From positions 352,001-416,000 of the forward strand of contig CAVZDU010000010.1 of the NCBI GenBank assembly GCA_963774265.1: a stretch of DNA of 64,000 nt, in the 5' to 3' direction. Made by a program: the position numbers and the translations under genes. This document shows, one piece after another, positions 31,566 to 41,218 of this stretch. Position 1 is the first letter of the stretch. Each line of letters opens with the position of its first letter. Origin of the DNA: an uncultured Chloroflexia bacterium (lineage in GTDB: Bacteria > Chloroflexota > Anaerolineae > CG2-30-64-16). A model generated the notes under the pieces. It was not told the DNA's origin, made no database searches, and saw only the letters and a list, made by a program, of their open reading frames with translations.

Positions 31566-32390
31566 ATGGACTCCGAGTCGCCCCCAACCCAACCGTCTGT
31601 CAAGCCGCGCAAGGTCAGGCTCGACGAATTGCTTGTCGCCCGCGGGTTGGCTGAGAGTCGTTCGCAGGCGCAGCGACTGATCCTGGCCGGTGAAGTGCGT
31701 GTGGGCGATCGCGTGCTCGACAAGGCAGGGCAGGCATTGCCGGAGAACGCAGACGTACACGTCGCTGCAGGCTTGCGATACGTCAGTCGTGGCGGCTTGA
31801 AGCTTGAGCACGCACTCCACGCATTCGCAGTCGACCCGAGTGGCTGGACCTGTGCGGATATCGGCGCATCCACGGGTGGCTTCACCGATTGCTTGCTGCA
31901 GCACGGCGCGCTGAAGGTCTACGCGATCGACGTGGGTTATGGTCAACTGGCTTGGTCCTTGCGGCAGGACCCGCGCGTTGTGAGCATGGAGCGCGTCAAC
32001 ATTCGGCTCCTTGATCCCCTGCCTCAGCCGGTGCAACTCGCGGTGGTCGATGTCTCGTTCATCGGGCTGGAATTGGTGCTGCCCTGCACGGCCGCCCTGC
32101 TCTCACCCCACGGCATGGCGATCGTCCTGATCAAGCCGCAGTTTCAGGTAGGCAAAGGGCAAGTGGGCAAGGGCGGCGTTGTGCGCGATCCTGCCTTGCA
32201 TCGCAGCGCGATCGAGAAGGTTTTCGAGGCGGCGGGCGCGCTCGATCTGGCGCCCTCAAATCTGGTCCGCTCGCCGATCACCGGCCCAGCGGGCAACGTC
32301 GAGTTTCTTGCACAGCTCTTGCTTGGCGGCGCCGCACCAGGCGCCCTCGAAGTCGAGGGCTGGTTACATGATGTGCTGAGGGGAGCTTGA
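31566..32390 (+). CDS. tlyA: TlyA family rRNA 2'-O-methyltransferase
   Basis: RLDELLVARGLAESR (S4), YVSRGGLKL, DIGASTGGFTD, DVSFI, LIKPQF, GPAGNVEF. Confidence 0.93.
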   Translation: MDSESPPTQPSVKPRKVRLDELLVARGLAESRSQAQRLILAGEVRVGDRVLDKAGQALPENADVHVAAGLRYVSRGGLKLEHALHAFAVDPSGWTCADIGASTGGFTDCLLQHGALKVYAIDVGYGQLAWSLRQDPRVVSMERVNIRLLDPLPQPVQLAVVDVSFIGLELVLPCTAALLSPHGMAIVLIKPQFQVGKGQVGKGGVVRDPALHRSAIEKVFEAAGALDLAPSNLVRSPITGPAGNVEFLAQLLLGGAAPGALEVEGWLHDVLRGA

Positions 32391-33511
32391 TGACTCCACA
32401 ACGTCGCAATCGGTTAATCCTCGTGCTCGCGCTGGTCCTCTCAGTGCTTTCGCTGTTGTGGGCGGCGCGCAGCGGGCTGTTTCCGTTCGTCTTCGCGCTG
32501 GTATTGGCCTACATCCTGCTGCCGCTTGTCAATCTGTTGGACCGGACGCTGCGCAGGCTGGCGCCCCGTTTCGGCGGTGCGCGGCCGGTTGCGATTCTGC
32601 TGGCCTATCTCATCTCGGTCCTGGTGGTGGTGGCATTCTTTCAGCTACTGCTGCCAGTGATCGGGAAACAATTCAATGCCCTATGGGACAATCGTCAGGA
32701 GATTGCATCTGCTGTGGAGCGATGGGTTGACCAGGGGTTGGTTTGGTATCGCGAGACAATCCCGGCCGACATCCAGACGCAGATCGACACCGCAGTGCGT
32801 CAGGCCGGTGCCCGGCTGGCAAGCGCAGCCCAGACCGCGCTGGTCCAGACGATCAGCGCGGTCACAAGCACCGTCACCTTCGTCATTGGACTGGTCATCG
32901 TTCCTATCTGGTTGTTTTACGTCTTGAATGAGCAGTCCCGCTTCATGCGCGCAGCCGTTCAGATTGTGCCTGAAAGCATTCGCGCAGACGTGGTCAATGT
33001 GATGCGTATTGCAGATCGCATTTTGAGCAAGTACTTGCGTGGGCAATTGCTCCTCTGCGTTGTGGTGGGTTCCCTGTCGGCGCTGGGTCTGATGCTCCTT
33101 GGCGTCAATTTCCCGATCGTGCTCGGCGTAATCGCCGGGGTCTTCGAAATCCTGCCGTTTGTTGGGCCGATTCTTGGGGCGGTGCCCGCGGTTCTCGTAG
33201 CGCTCATTCAACGGCCCCTGCTTGCGGTTTGGACCATCCTGTTGTTCTTGGTGATACAACAGGTCGAAAACACGGTATTGGTGCCTCGTATTTCCGGTAA
33301 GGCCGTGGAATTGCACCCCGCGTTGATCGTTGTGGTGTTGATCGTGGGAACTCAGGTAGCTGGACTCTGGGGCGCCATCCTCGCGGTGCCCCTGACTGCG
33401 ATCGTACGTGATGTGTTCAAGTACCTGTATCTGCGCCTTCAAGACTCACCCGTAGAACCCAGGGAGGCGATGGCGCGAATCAGCAAGGCGCCATTGCAGT
33501 TGGATATCTAG
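32387..33511 (+). CDS. AI-2E family transporter
   Basis: PFVFALVLAYIL.P, YLRGQL, PFVGP, QQVENTVLVPRI, GAILAVP. Confidence 0.9.
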   Translation: MMTPQRRNRLILVLALVLSVLSLLWAARSGLFPFVFALVLAYILLPLVNLLDRTLRRLAPRFGGARPVAILLAYLISVLVVVAFFQLLLPVIGKQFNALWDNRQEIASAVERWVDQGLVWYRETIPADIQTQIDTAVRQAGARLASAAQTALVQTISAVTSTVTFVIGLVIVPIWLFYVLNEQSRFMRAAVQIVPESIRADVVNVMRIADRILSKYLRGQLLLCVVVGSLSALGLMLLGVNFPIVLGVIAGVFEILPFVGPILGAVPAVLVALIQRPLLAVWTILLFLVIQQVENTVLVPRISGKAVELHPALIVVVLIVGTQVAGLWGAILAVPLTAIVRDVFKYLYLRLQDSPVEPREAMARISKAPLQLDI

Positions 33512-33521
33512 GTTGCCTGGC

Positions 33522-34349
33522 TTACGTGGAGAATACGTTCACACCGATCGCCTGCAATGCAGCGCGGATATCAGCCTCGGCCGAGTCGAGCAGGGCTGCA
33601 ACCTCTTGCGGGTCCCCGCCTCGGGCCGCCAGGGTCACAAAATCCGCCTGGCCGCTGCCGTAGACTTGTGCACGGGACTTGACATAAACGAGAGGGTGAC
33701 GGTTTGCGACCCCATCGACGGCCGGAGCGAGAACCGATTCGTCCCAGGCGTCCGTCTTGAGTGTTCGCTCCGCGTAGACCTGCCGCGTGAACAGCGCAGC
33801 AAGGCGAGGGGCCAGGCTGTTCTCGAAAATATCAATCATCTCCGCCGGCACGCCCGGCAGCAAGACGACGGTTGTTTTCCCGCGTCTGAGAAGTACACCA
33901 GGCGCCGCTCCCAGGGTGTTGAGCAGCGGTTCGGCTCCGGCAGGAAGCCGGGCCATCTTCCTGCGCGCCGGCGTCATTTCGGCGACTGAAACGTGACCTC
34001 GAGCGTGTAGTGCAGTATAGAACTCCTGGACCATGCCGTGTGCCGTGGGATCTTCCCGCACCTCCAGTCCTAGCGCTTCGCCAATCGCCGCAACGGTAAG
34101 GTCGTCCTGTGTGGGCCCCAGGCCGCCGCAGGAAAGGATCATGTCTGGGTGGCGCGAGAGGCTTTCCAGCAGTCCATCAGCGATGTCATTAGGCTCGTCA
34201 GGAAGGACCGTGATCCGTCGCACTCGGGCGCCCCGTGCGGCTGTCTGCTGGCAGAGCCAATGCGAGTTGCTGTCCAGCACATTGCCCGCCAGGACTTCAT
34301 TGCCGATCACGAGAATCTCGACATTCACTACGTCGGTGCTGGCTTGCAT
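33522..34349 (-). CDS. CinA N-terminal/molybdopterin-binding domain protein (no PncC domain)
   Basis: IGNEVLAG...DSNSHWL, GGLGPTQDDLT, LPGVPAEM. Confidence 0.88.
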   Translation of the reverse strand: MQASTDVVNVEILVIGNEVLAGNVLDSNSHWLCQQTAARGARVRRITVLPDEPNDIADGLLESLSRHPDMILSCGGLGPTQDDLTVAAIGEALGLEVREDPTAHGMVQEFYTALHARGHVSVAEMTPARRKMARLPAGAEPLLNTLGAAPGVLLRRGKTTVVLLPGVPAEMIDIFENSLAPRLAALFTRQVYAERTLKTDAWDESVLAPAVDGVANRHPLVYVKSRAQVYGSGQADFVTLAARGGDPQEVAALLDSAEADIRAALQAIGVNVFST

Positions 34350-34366
34350 TCGCTCTTCCTTCAATG

Positions 34367-34393
34367 AAAAACGGGCTGATTATCTCAGCCCGT
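34367..34393 (-). terminator. Intrinsic terminator closing the 36434-34415 operon
   Basis: ACGGGCTGA-GATAA-TCAGCCCGT-TTTT on minus strand. Confidence 0.7.
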
Positions 34394-34414
34394 CTCTCCT
34401 TAGAATCGTCCGGC

Positions 34415-34843
34415 TCAATCCAGCCCGGTGGCTGGACGAATGCCCATGTAGATCTGGCCGCTGGCCAGGGTCCGCAGAATGGTCTCCGCACTGGTCCACG
34501 GCATTTGCTTCGCCAGTTCGCGTGGGGTCAGCGCCTGGTTGCTGCCCAGCAAGAAAACGCGGAAGATGTTCGTCACCAGGGCGTTGCCCATGCTGATGAA
34601 CTCAGTCTGTCTCGAACAATGGCTGCGCAGCGTCTGTAGCAGCGCGTCCGCCCGCACCACCTCCGCAGTCTCCTGGTCCACCCAGTCGACCGACTCCAGG
34701 TTGCGATGGTCAGGAAAACGCGTCTGGCAATCCCGGCACAGCTGTCCGCGCACAGATACGCGGAGATCCTTGCCGCTGGCTTGCCACCAGTCGTAATCAA
34801 TGTGAAACTTCGTGTCGAGAGAGGGTCGCTTCCAACCAGTCAT
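34415..34843 (-). CDS. Hypothetical protein with possible Zn site (CxxC...HC) and C-terminal wHTH-like region
   Basis: TKFHIDYDWW, LCRDC, SHC, LTPRELA...TILRTL...YMGIRP; CAGGA RBS. Confidence 0.8.
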   Translation of the reverse strand: MTGWKRPSLDTKFHIDYDWWQASGKDLRVSVRGQLCRDCQTRFPDHRNLESVDWVDQETAEVVRADALLQTLRSHCSRQTEFISMGNALVTNIFRVFLLGSNQALTPRELAKQMPWTSAETILRTLASGQIYMGIRPATGLD

Positions 34844-34865
34844 GCACTGCCGTCCTGTCTCATGC

Positions 34866-36434
34866 CTATGCGATCAACCGGAAATTGCCGTCAGGCAATC
34901 GCTCAAGCCGCTCATCTCCGGCGAGGGCCGCAAACACCGGTTCTGGCGTGACGCGGCGAATTACGTTCACGGCGCTGTACACGGTCTTGGCGTTGACGAT
35001 GCCAGATAGTCCGGCCAGGTCGGAAAACATCTCGAATACCAGGTCCGGCAGGGGTGTCGCACCATAGAGACCGCGAAGCTTCGTCAATTCCTCGCTTTTC
35101 TCAGCTCCGATCACCATTTGCTCGTCGTACTCGCAGGAAATCTCCTGCTTGCGAAGCTGAATGTCTGCGCGGCCTTCGCTTGAAATCTGTGCCCAGCGCA
35201 TCCACTCACGACGCATTCGTTTGGGACGGAAATCAACCACGATCTCTCCATCGCCGCGGCGCTCGAGCGTGATGTAGGCGCCCGCAGGCAGCTTGTGCTT
35301 CTCCATCCATCCTTGCAGGCCCGCGACGTAACGGCCCGCGTTATTGACCCATGCAGAGAAGTGGTTTCCCCAACGCCCGTCCACCAGGGTGAGCATTGTG
35401 CGTTCGCCATGCCCCACGGGGAGGAGTGGCCGCGTGCGGCGATTGAGAGGCAAGGTGCCGGACGCTGCGTGTGGAAAAGTCAGGGTGACCGTCGTAGTTT
35501 GTGTCGCCCGTCGCTCCGCCGTCTCCTCGACACCTTCAGACCACTCGTCATCCAATTGGAACGCCAGTTGTTCCAGGTCGGGTGGCAGTGTGATGTCATG
35601 ATGGAGGTTCTGTGCATAGCGCAGCGACTCAGGTGCCAGGAGCGCCTCGGCCGGTTCAAGACGTCGGAGGAACCAGCGGCGCTCGTCGCCAGAGCCAACC
35701 TGGTCGAAACGGTCATCCGCTCCCAGTGCAGCTTGCAGCGAGAACGCGGCGATCTCATGGCCGATCTCTTTCGGAAGGTCGAGTTCTCTCTGAAGTGTTG
35801 CGGTGTCGAGTGCCGTTGCGTTCATCTCGATGATCGCCTCGGCAATGTTCAAGTGGCCGACATGCACTTCTGCCAACAAATCGCGCGGCAGCCAGCGATC
35901 CTCGAACGTGGCGAAGGCATCGTCGCCACGCAGCGCCTCGGCGAGTTGCCCAGGCAGGTTTCTCGCCTCGCCTTTTAGTACGGTTTCAGGGTTGATCACG
36001 GGCGGCAGCAAAACATCCGGTGCCTCCGCGTTGAGTTTGTGCGGTGCGATCAGGCCCGCGGCGAAGCTTCGTTGGCGTTTGCCTGCGCCGAAATCGACCG
36101 AGATAACCTCGAACTGCCCATATTCCGGGTTCTCACCCGCTCGCAGGTCGATGACTTCGCCCAACCGATAATCGAGTTGCGGGAAGAGGATCTTGTCACC
36201 GACGGCGAAACGCTTTTTGGGCTGATAGATCGTACCACGCGTCAGTTCCGCGCGCATCTCGGACTCCTCGCGGCGGATGCGTTCAGTCACGAGGGACCGG
36301 GCCATCTCACCGGTGGTCAGTGGCCGCCCGGCGTCCAGCAGGAGGGTGCGCAGGAACTCGACATCGGTCGGGGAAAGTGAGAATGATTGCCAATACTCAG
36401 GCGTCTGCGTCTTCCTTTGAATCACGCGCCGCAA
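34866..36434 (-). CDS. Large hypothetical protein, predicted multi-domain nucleic-acid binder
   Basis: 522-aa open frame with GAGGAG RBS; wHTH-like, Tudor-like and B3-like segments by eye. Confidence 0.8.
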   Translation of the reverse strand: MRRVIQRKTQTPEYWQSFSLSPTDVEFLRTLLLDAGRPLTTGEMARSLVTERIRREESEMRAELTRGTIYQPKKRFAVGDKILFPQLDYRLGEVIDLRAGENPEYGQFEVISVDFGAGKRQRSFAAGLIAPHKLNAEAPDVLLPPVINPETVLKGEARNLPGQLAEALRGDDAFATFEDRWLPRDLLAEVHVGHLNIAEAIIEMNATALDTATLQRELDLPKEIGHEIAAFSLQAALGADDRFDQVGSGDERRWFLRRLEPAEALLAPESLRYAQNLHHDITLPPDLEQLAFQLDDEWSEGVEETAERRATQTTTVTLTFPHAASGTLPLNRRTRPLLPVGHGERTMLTLVDGRWGNHFSAWVNNAGRYVAGLQGWMEKHKLPAGAYITLERRGDGEIVVDFRPKRMRREWMRWAQISSEGRADIQLRKQEISCEYDEQMVIGAEKSEELTKLRGLYGATPLPDLVFEMFSDLAGLSGIVNAKTVYSAVNVIRRVTPEPVFAALAGDERLERLPDGNFRLIA

Positions 36435-36494
36435 CTCCTCTTAGTTCATCACTGTGGGGAACCAAGCCGTTATTATAGCAGGGGAACACATCAA

Positions 36495-36779
36495 TCACAA
36501 ATGTGGGTGCGAATCCTCACTATTCTCTGTCATGTCATCGTCTTGGGCGGGCGCTTCGTCGTCGCTTTCCAGCACCAGCTCGGCAGCCTCAACGGCGTTC
36601 TCGGCCGAAACATACACGTCCACGCGGCCGAGCCCATCCACGGTAATCCCAATGACCTGTCCGACAGACTCGTATTTCAGCATGGCCGGTATGCCATTGG
36701 CTTCCAGCTTTGCCTTGACCACCTCGGCGGCGAACATTCCCTGGGACTCATAGATCTTCACAAGACTTCTCTGCGTCAT
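36495..36779 (-). CDS. DUF2007 / PII-like small protein
   Basis: AEVVKAKLEANGIPA...VDVYV...AAELV; GGAGG RBS. Confidence 0.8.
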   Translation of the reverse strand: MTQRSLVKIYESQGMFAAEVVKAKLEANGIPAMLKYESVGQVIGITVDGLGRVDVYVSAENAVEAAELVLESDDEAPAQDDDMTENSEDSHPHL

Positions 36780-36793
36780 AGCCGCACCTCCAG

Positions 36794-37747
36794 TCAGCTG
36801 CGCGAATTGACGAGCAGCTGGAACACATCAGGTCGCGCATAATGCCCTGTTACGTCAAAGTCGAACCGTGCTCGTACAACCTCGCTCATATCCAGATCTG
36901 CCACGAGCATGCCCTCCTCATCCCATAGCGGACCAGCGACATAGTCGCCGTAAGGCGATACGATCGCACTGCCCCCTCGGCAGAGCACCTCGGGCAGGGC
37001 CGCCAGGTCGTCGATGCCGGGCAAGTCCCTCGGGTACATGGTCTTCGTGACGAATTGATTGCACCCCAACACGAAACATCGACCTTCGCACGCGATGTGC
37101 CGGAGTGTTGCCTGCCACGTGTCGCGGCTGTCGGCCGTCGGTGCAATGTACAGGTCGAGCCCTTTCTCGTACAATGCCGTCCGCGCAAGCGGCATATAAT
37201 TCTCCCAGCAGATCAGCCCGCCCATTCGGCCGTAAAGCGTGTCCACAACTGTGAGTGTGGAACCATCGCCCTCACCCCAGACCAGCCGTTCAGCCGCCGT
37301 CGGCTTCAGTTTCCGGTGCCGGCCCAGCAGGCTTCCGTCCGGCCCGAAGTAGAGCACCGTGCAATAGAGCGTTCCTCGAGTGCCGCTCGTCTCTCGTTCT
37401 ATGACTCCGATGGCCGCGTAAGCGCCGGCATCCTGGCAGGCTGAGGCCAGAGCAGCGACCGTCCTCGAGGGGACCTCGACCGCGTTTGCCCAGTAACGTT
37501 CCCATGTGCGCCGGCCTTCGGGGCTGCGGCTCCCGACGGTGACCCCGAAGCCGAGTCCGCGCGGATACGCGGGGATAAACGCCTCCGGGAACACGATTAG
37601 CTGGCTGCCGCGTGCCGCGGCCTCGCTGATCAAACGGCAAGCCTTCTCCGTCGTCGCTTCGCGGTCAAAAAGGCACGGTGCAGCCTGAATAACGGCCGCT
37701 CGTACCCGGGGTAAAGCGTCACCCATGATTTCTCCTTGACGCAGCAT
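36794..37747 (-). CDS. Nitrilase (carbon-nitrogen hydrolase; start may be 37726)
   Basis: FPEAF (Glu), HRKLKPT (Lys), ICWENYMP (Cys), GHYARPD. Confidence 0.92.
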   Translation of the reverse strand: MLRQGEIMGDALPRVRAAVIQAAPCLFDREATTEKACRLISEAAARGSQLIVFPEAFIPAYPRGLGFGVTVGSRSPEGRRTWERYWANAVEVPSRTVAALASACQDAGAYAAIGVIERETSGTRGTLYCTVLYFGPDGSLLGRHRKLKPTAAERLVWGEGDGSTLTVVDTLYGRMGGLICWENYMPLARTALYEKGLDLYIAPTADSRDTWQATLRHIACEGRCFVLGCNQFVTKTMYPRDLPGIDDLAALPEVLCRGGSAIVSPYGDYVAGPLWDEEGMLVADLDMSEVVRARFDFDVTGHYARPDVFQLLVNSRS

Positions 37748-37814
37748 TTTGTTCGTGATAGCATACCGGAACCTGGCGTCACTGTCAACCTGATCGGTTT
37801 AGCAGGTCCCATTC

Positions 37815-38321
37815 ATGAGCGATATGCATCGACTTGAGGAATTAACCTTGGGGGCCACGCCGGTTTCCAGCTCACTCCTGGAACTGGGCATCCCTCACCG
37901 GGTCTTTCGTCATCTTACCCCCTTGAGTTCGCTGGAGCAGGCCGCCGTGGAGCGCGGGCAGCGACCGGAACAGGTTGTCCGGAGCATCGTCTTCAGAACG
38001 GCAGCGGGCGATTTCGTCATGGTTCTCGTCGCAGGTCCCGCCCAGATTGCCTGGCCCGCATTGCGGGAGTACTTGGGTCAGTCGCGGCTCACCACAGCAA
38101 CCGAAGAGGAACTTCTCGTTGTGACTGGCTACACCAGGGGCGCGGTCGCTCCCTTTGCGCTTCCGGTTCCCATGCGCATCCTGGTCGATCGCGGTGTGCT
38201 GGCAGAAGAGATCGTCTCCATGGGCTCAGGCATCCAGGGGACAACCGTCATCCTGCGCAGCGCAGACCTGCTCAATGGCTTGCCCGATTCAGAGGTGGGC
38301 GCCTTCTCAACGGCCGGTTAG
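37815..38321 (+). CDS. YbaK/EbsC family aminoacyl-tRNA deacylase-like protein
   Basis: [29 protein letters not shown]. Confidence 0.85.
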   Translation: MSDMHRLEELTLGATPVSSSLLELGIPHRVFRHLTPLSSLEQAAVERGQRPEQVVRSIVFRTAAGDFVMVLVAGPAQIAWPALREYLGQSRLTTATEEELLVVTGYTRGAVAPFALPVPMRILVDRGVLAEEIVSMGSGIQGTTVILRSADLLNGLPDSEVGAFSTAG

Positions 38322-38333
38322 CATCGTCTTTCT

Positions 38334-38397
38334 TTGACAATCCTCCCTCCTTCCCGTAAAATGAAATCTTGCGCGCTGGCGGTTCGTTCCAGCGCGC
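38334..38397 (+). promoter_or_regulatory. Near-consensus sigma70 promoter of the alaS operon with a 5' hairpin
   Basis: TTGACA (38334-38339)-17 nt-TAAAAT (38357-38362); GCGCGCTGG/CCAGCGCGC stem at 38371-38397. Confidence 0.75.
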
Positions 38398-38441
38398 CTT
38401 GAATTGACTAACAACCTGACCCTGATACGAGGTTTATACGC

Positions 38442-41218
38442 ATGACCCAAAAGCCCACCAGCGCGCAAATCCGGCAGCAGTTCTTGGATTTCTTTCGCGG
38501 CAAGGGGCACCTTATCGTCCCAAGCGCATCCCTGGCTCCCGTTGGCGACCCGACCCTGCTGTTCACCAACGCCGGGATGAACCAGTTCAAGGATTACTTC
38601 CTCGCTCTGGCCGAGCCGGAGGCGCGCCGGGTCGCGGATGCGCAGAAGTGCATGCGCGTAAGCGGCAAGCACAACGACCTTGAGGACGTTGGTCGTTCGC
38701 CCTATCATCACACGCTATTCGAGATGCTTGGGAACTGGTCGTTCGGCGACTATTACAAAAAAGAGGCGATCAGCTGGGCGTGGGAGCTGCTCACCGAAGT
38801 ATGGCGCCTGCCCAAAGAGCATCTCTGGTCCACCGTTTTTCACGATGACAAAGGGCAGGTTGAGCAGGATGACGAGGCCGCTGGGTACTGGCGTTCTCAG
38901 ACGGACATTAATCCGGAGCACATCCTCTTCTTTGGCCGCAAAGACAACTTCTGGGAAATGGGTGACACTGGGCCGTGTGGGCCGTGCAGTGAGATTCACC
39001 TCGACTTGGGTGCGGATCGATGCGACAAGAAGGATGTCCCTGGCCATGTCTGTCGCGTGAACGGCGATTGCCGTCGCTTCGTTGAACTGTGGAATCTGGT
39101 GTTCATCCAGTACAACCGTAGCGGCGAGGGCGAGTTGTCACCCTTGCCTGCACGGCATGTGGACACCGGCATGGGATTCGAGCGTATCGTGGGCGTCTTG
39201 CAGGGGACCCGGAGCAACTACGACACGGATCTGTTCGCACCTATCATCGCCGCCACACAGAAGCTGCTGGCCGAGGCCGGGATAGATCGCGATGTGACAC
39301 AGGACTCGAAGACGAGCGGCGTCGCGTATCGTACCACGTCATCGCTGACCATTCCCGGGCGATCACCTTCTTGATCGGCGACGGTGTGATGCCAGCGAAC
39401 GAGGGCCGCGGATACGTGCTGCGGCTGATTCTGCGCCGGGCTGCGCGGCATGGCCGCATGCTGGGCTTCACCAGGCCATTCCTCGCCGAACTGGCTAAAA
39501 CCGTTATCGAACTTATGGGCCCCCACTATGATGAATTGATCCGGCGCCGCGAGTTCATCTTGTCCAACATCGAGCAAGAAGAGAGCCGTTTTAGCACGAC
39601 GCTGATGAACGGACTGGCCTTGTTGGACGAGCTGGTTGCGGAAGTAAAGGTGCGCGGAGAAACCCGCATCCCGGGCCAGGACGCGTTTCGACTTTATGAC
39701 ACCCATGGCTTCCCTCTCGACCTCACGCAGGATGTCGCGCGCGAGCAGGGCCTCACGGTCGACGTGGACGGTTTCAAGGTCGCGCTCAACGAGCAGAAGG
39801 AGCGCGCCCGCGCGTCCGCCCAGTTCGCCGGCCATACAGGCGACTCGGTGCAGGTCTACCTTGACCTGTTGCGCGATTTAAAGGCTGACGGCGTGCTTGC
39901 GGCGAGCGGCGTTAACCATCGACCTTATGAGGACTTTGAGCTGGAGACCACCGTCGCGGCGATTATTCGCGAGGGCCAGCGCGTCCGATCGGCCCGACTC
40001 GGCGATAAGGTCGAAATCATTACGCCTGAGACGCCGTTCTATGTGGAATCTGGCGGGCAGGTGGCCGATACGGGTTTCATCACGCGCTACGCAGGCGAGA
40101 GCGAAGACATTGTCTGGGAGGTCACGATCCACGATACGCGCAAACCCGTGGCCGGCATGATCGTCCATGCAGGTGAGGTGACCCTCGGGTTGCCTCAGGT
40201 GGGTGATCCTTGCTGGGCCGAGGTCGATTTTGATCGTCGGCTGGATATCATGCGCAACCATACTGCGACGCACGTTCTCCACCGCGAGTTGCGCAACCTG
40301 CTCGGCGAGCACGTGCATCAGGCCGGCTCGGTCGTTGCCCCGGAACGCCTCCGCTTCGACTTTACCCATTCCTCCATGTTGACCCAGGACGAGCTGGATG
40401 AGATTGAAGCCGGTGTAAACGATGTCGTCCTTGAGGATTACCCGGTCAACTTCGAGCAAATGGCTTACAAAGAGGCGGTGTCCGGTGGGGCCACGGCGCT
40501 CTTCACCGAAAAGTACGGTGATGAAGTGCGTGTCATCGAAATCGGTTGGGAGGATGAAACCTACTCGAAGGAATTGTGTGGCGGGACCCATGTGTCTCAC
40601 ACCGGCGAGATAGCGTTCTTCCACATCGTTTCCGAAGAGAGCATCGGCGCTGGCGTGCGGCGTATCGAAGCAGTGACCGGACGTGAGGCGCAGCGCCTGG
40701 CTCAAGAGCGCCTGCGGCTGCTCGATCAAACCGCTGCGATTTTGCGCGTGCCGGCCGATCAGGTGGATCGCGCAGTGCGCAACCTCTACGTGGATTTGCA
40801 GTCGGCGCAAAAGGAAAGCGCCCGGCTGAGGGCGCAGCTTGCCATGCAGCAGACCGACCGCTTGATCGCCGCAGCTGTGGAGGTGAACGGCGCCAGGGTC
40901 GTGGCGGCCGAGATCCCCGACGCTGAGATACAAACACTCCGCGACATGAGCGACAAGTTCCGCGATGAGTTGGGCTCTGCCGTGGTGGTGCTTGCGACGG
41001 CAGTCGACGATAAGCCGCAATTCATCGCCGCTGTGACAGACGACCTGTTGAGCCGCGGCGCACACGCGGGCGAGCTCGTCAAGGCCGTTGCCCGCGTGGT
41101 GGGCGGAGGCGGCGGCGGCCGTCCCGGTTTGGCTCAGGCGGGAGGCCGCGACCTGTCGAAGCTGCGTGAGGCGTTGGATCAGGTCCCCGATTTGGTGCGA
41201 CAGCAACTGAAGAAATGA
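38442..41218 (+). CDS. alaS: Alanine-tRNA ligase (indel near 39330)
   Basis: [61 protein letters not shown]. Confidence 0.97.

Noticed and set aside
38363-38441. T-box riboswitch upstream of alaS
   Set aside because: Leader is only about 75 nt with one hairpin; no UGGNACC T-box sequence or terminator
37815-41218. Functional link between the YbaK-like deacylase and alaS
   Set aside because: alaS has its own strong promoter and an intact editing domain; adjacency alone is weak evidence
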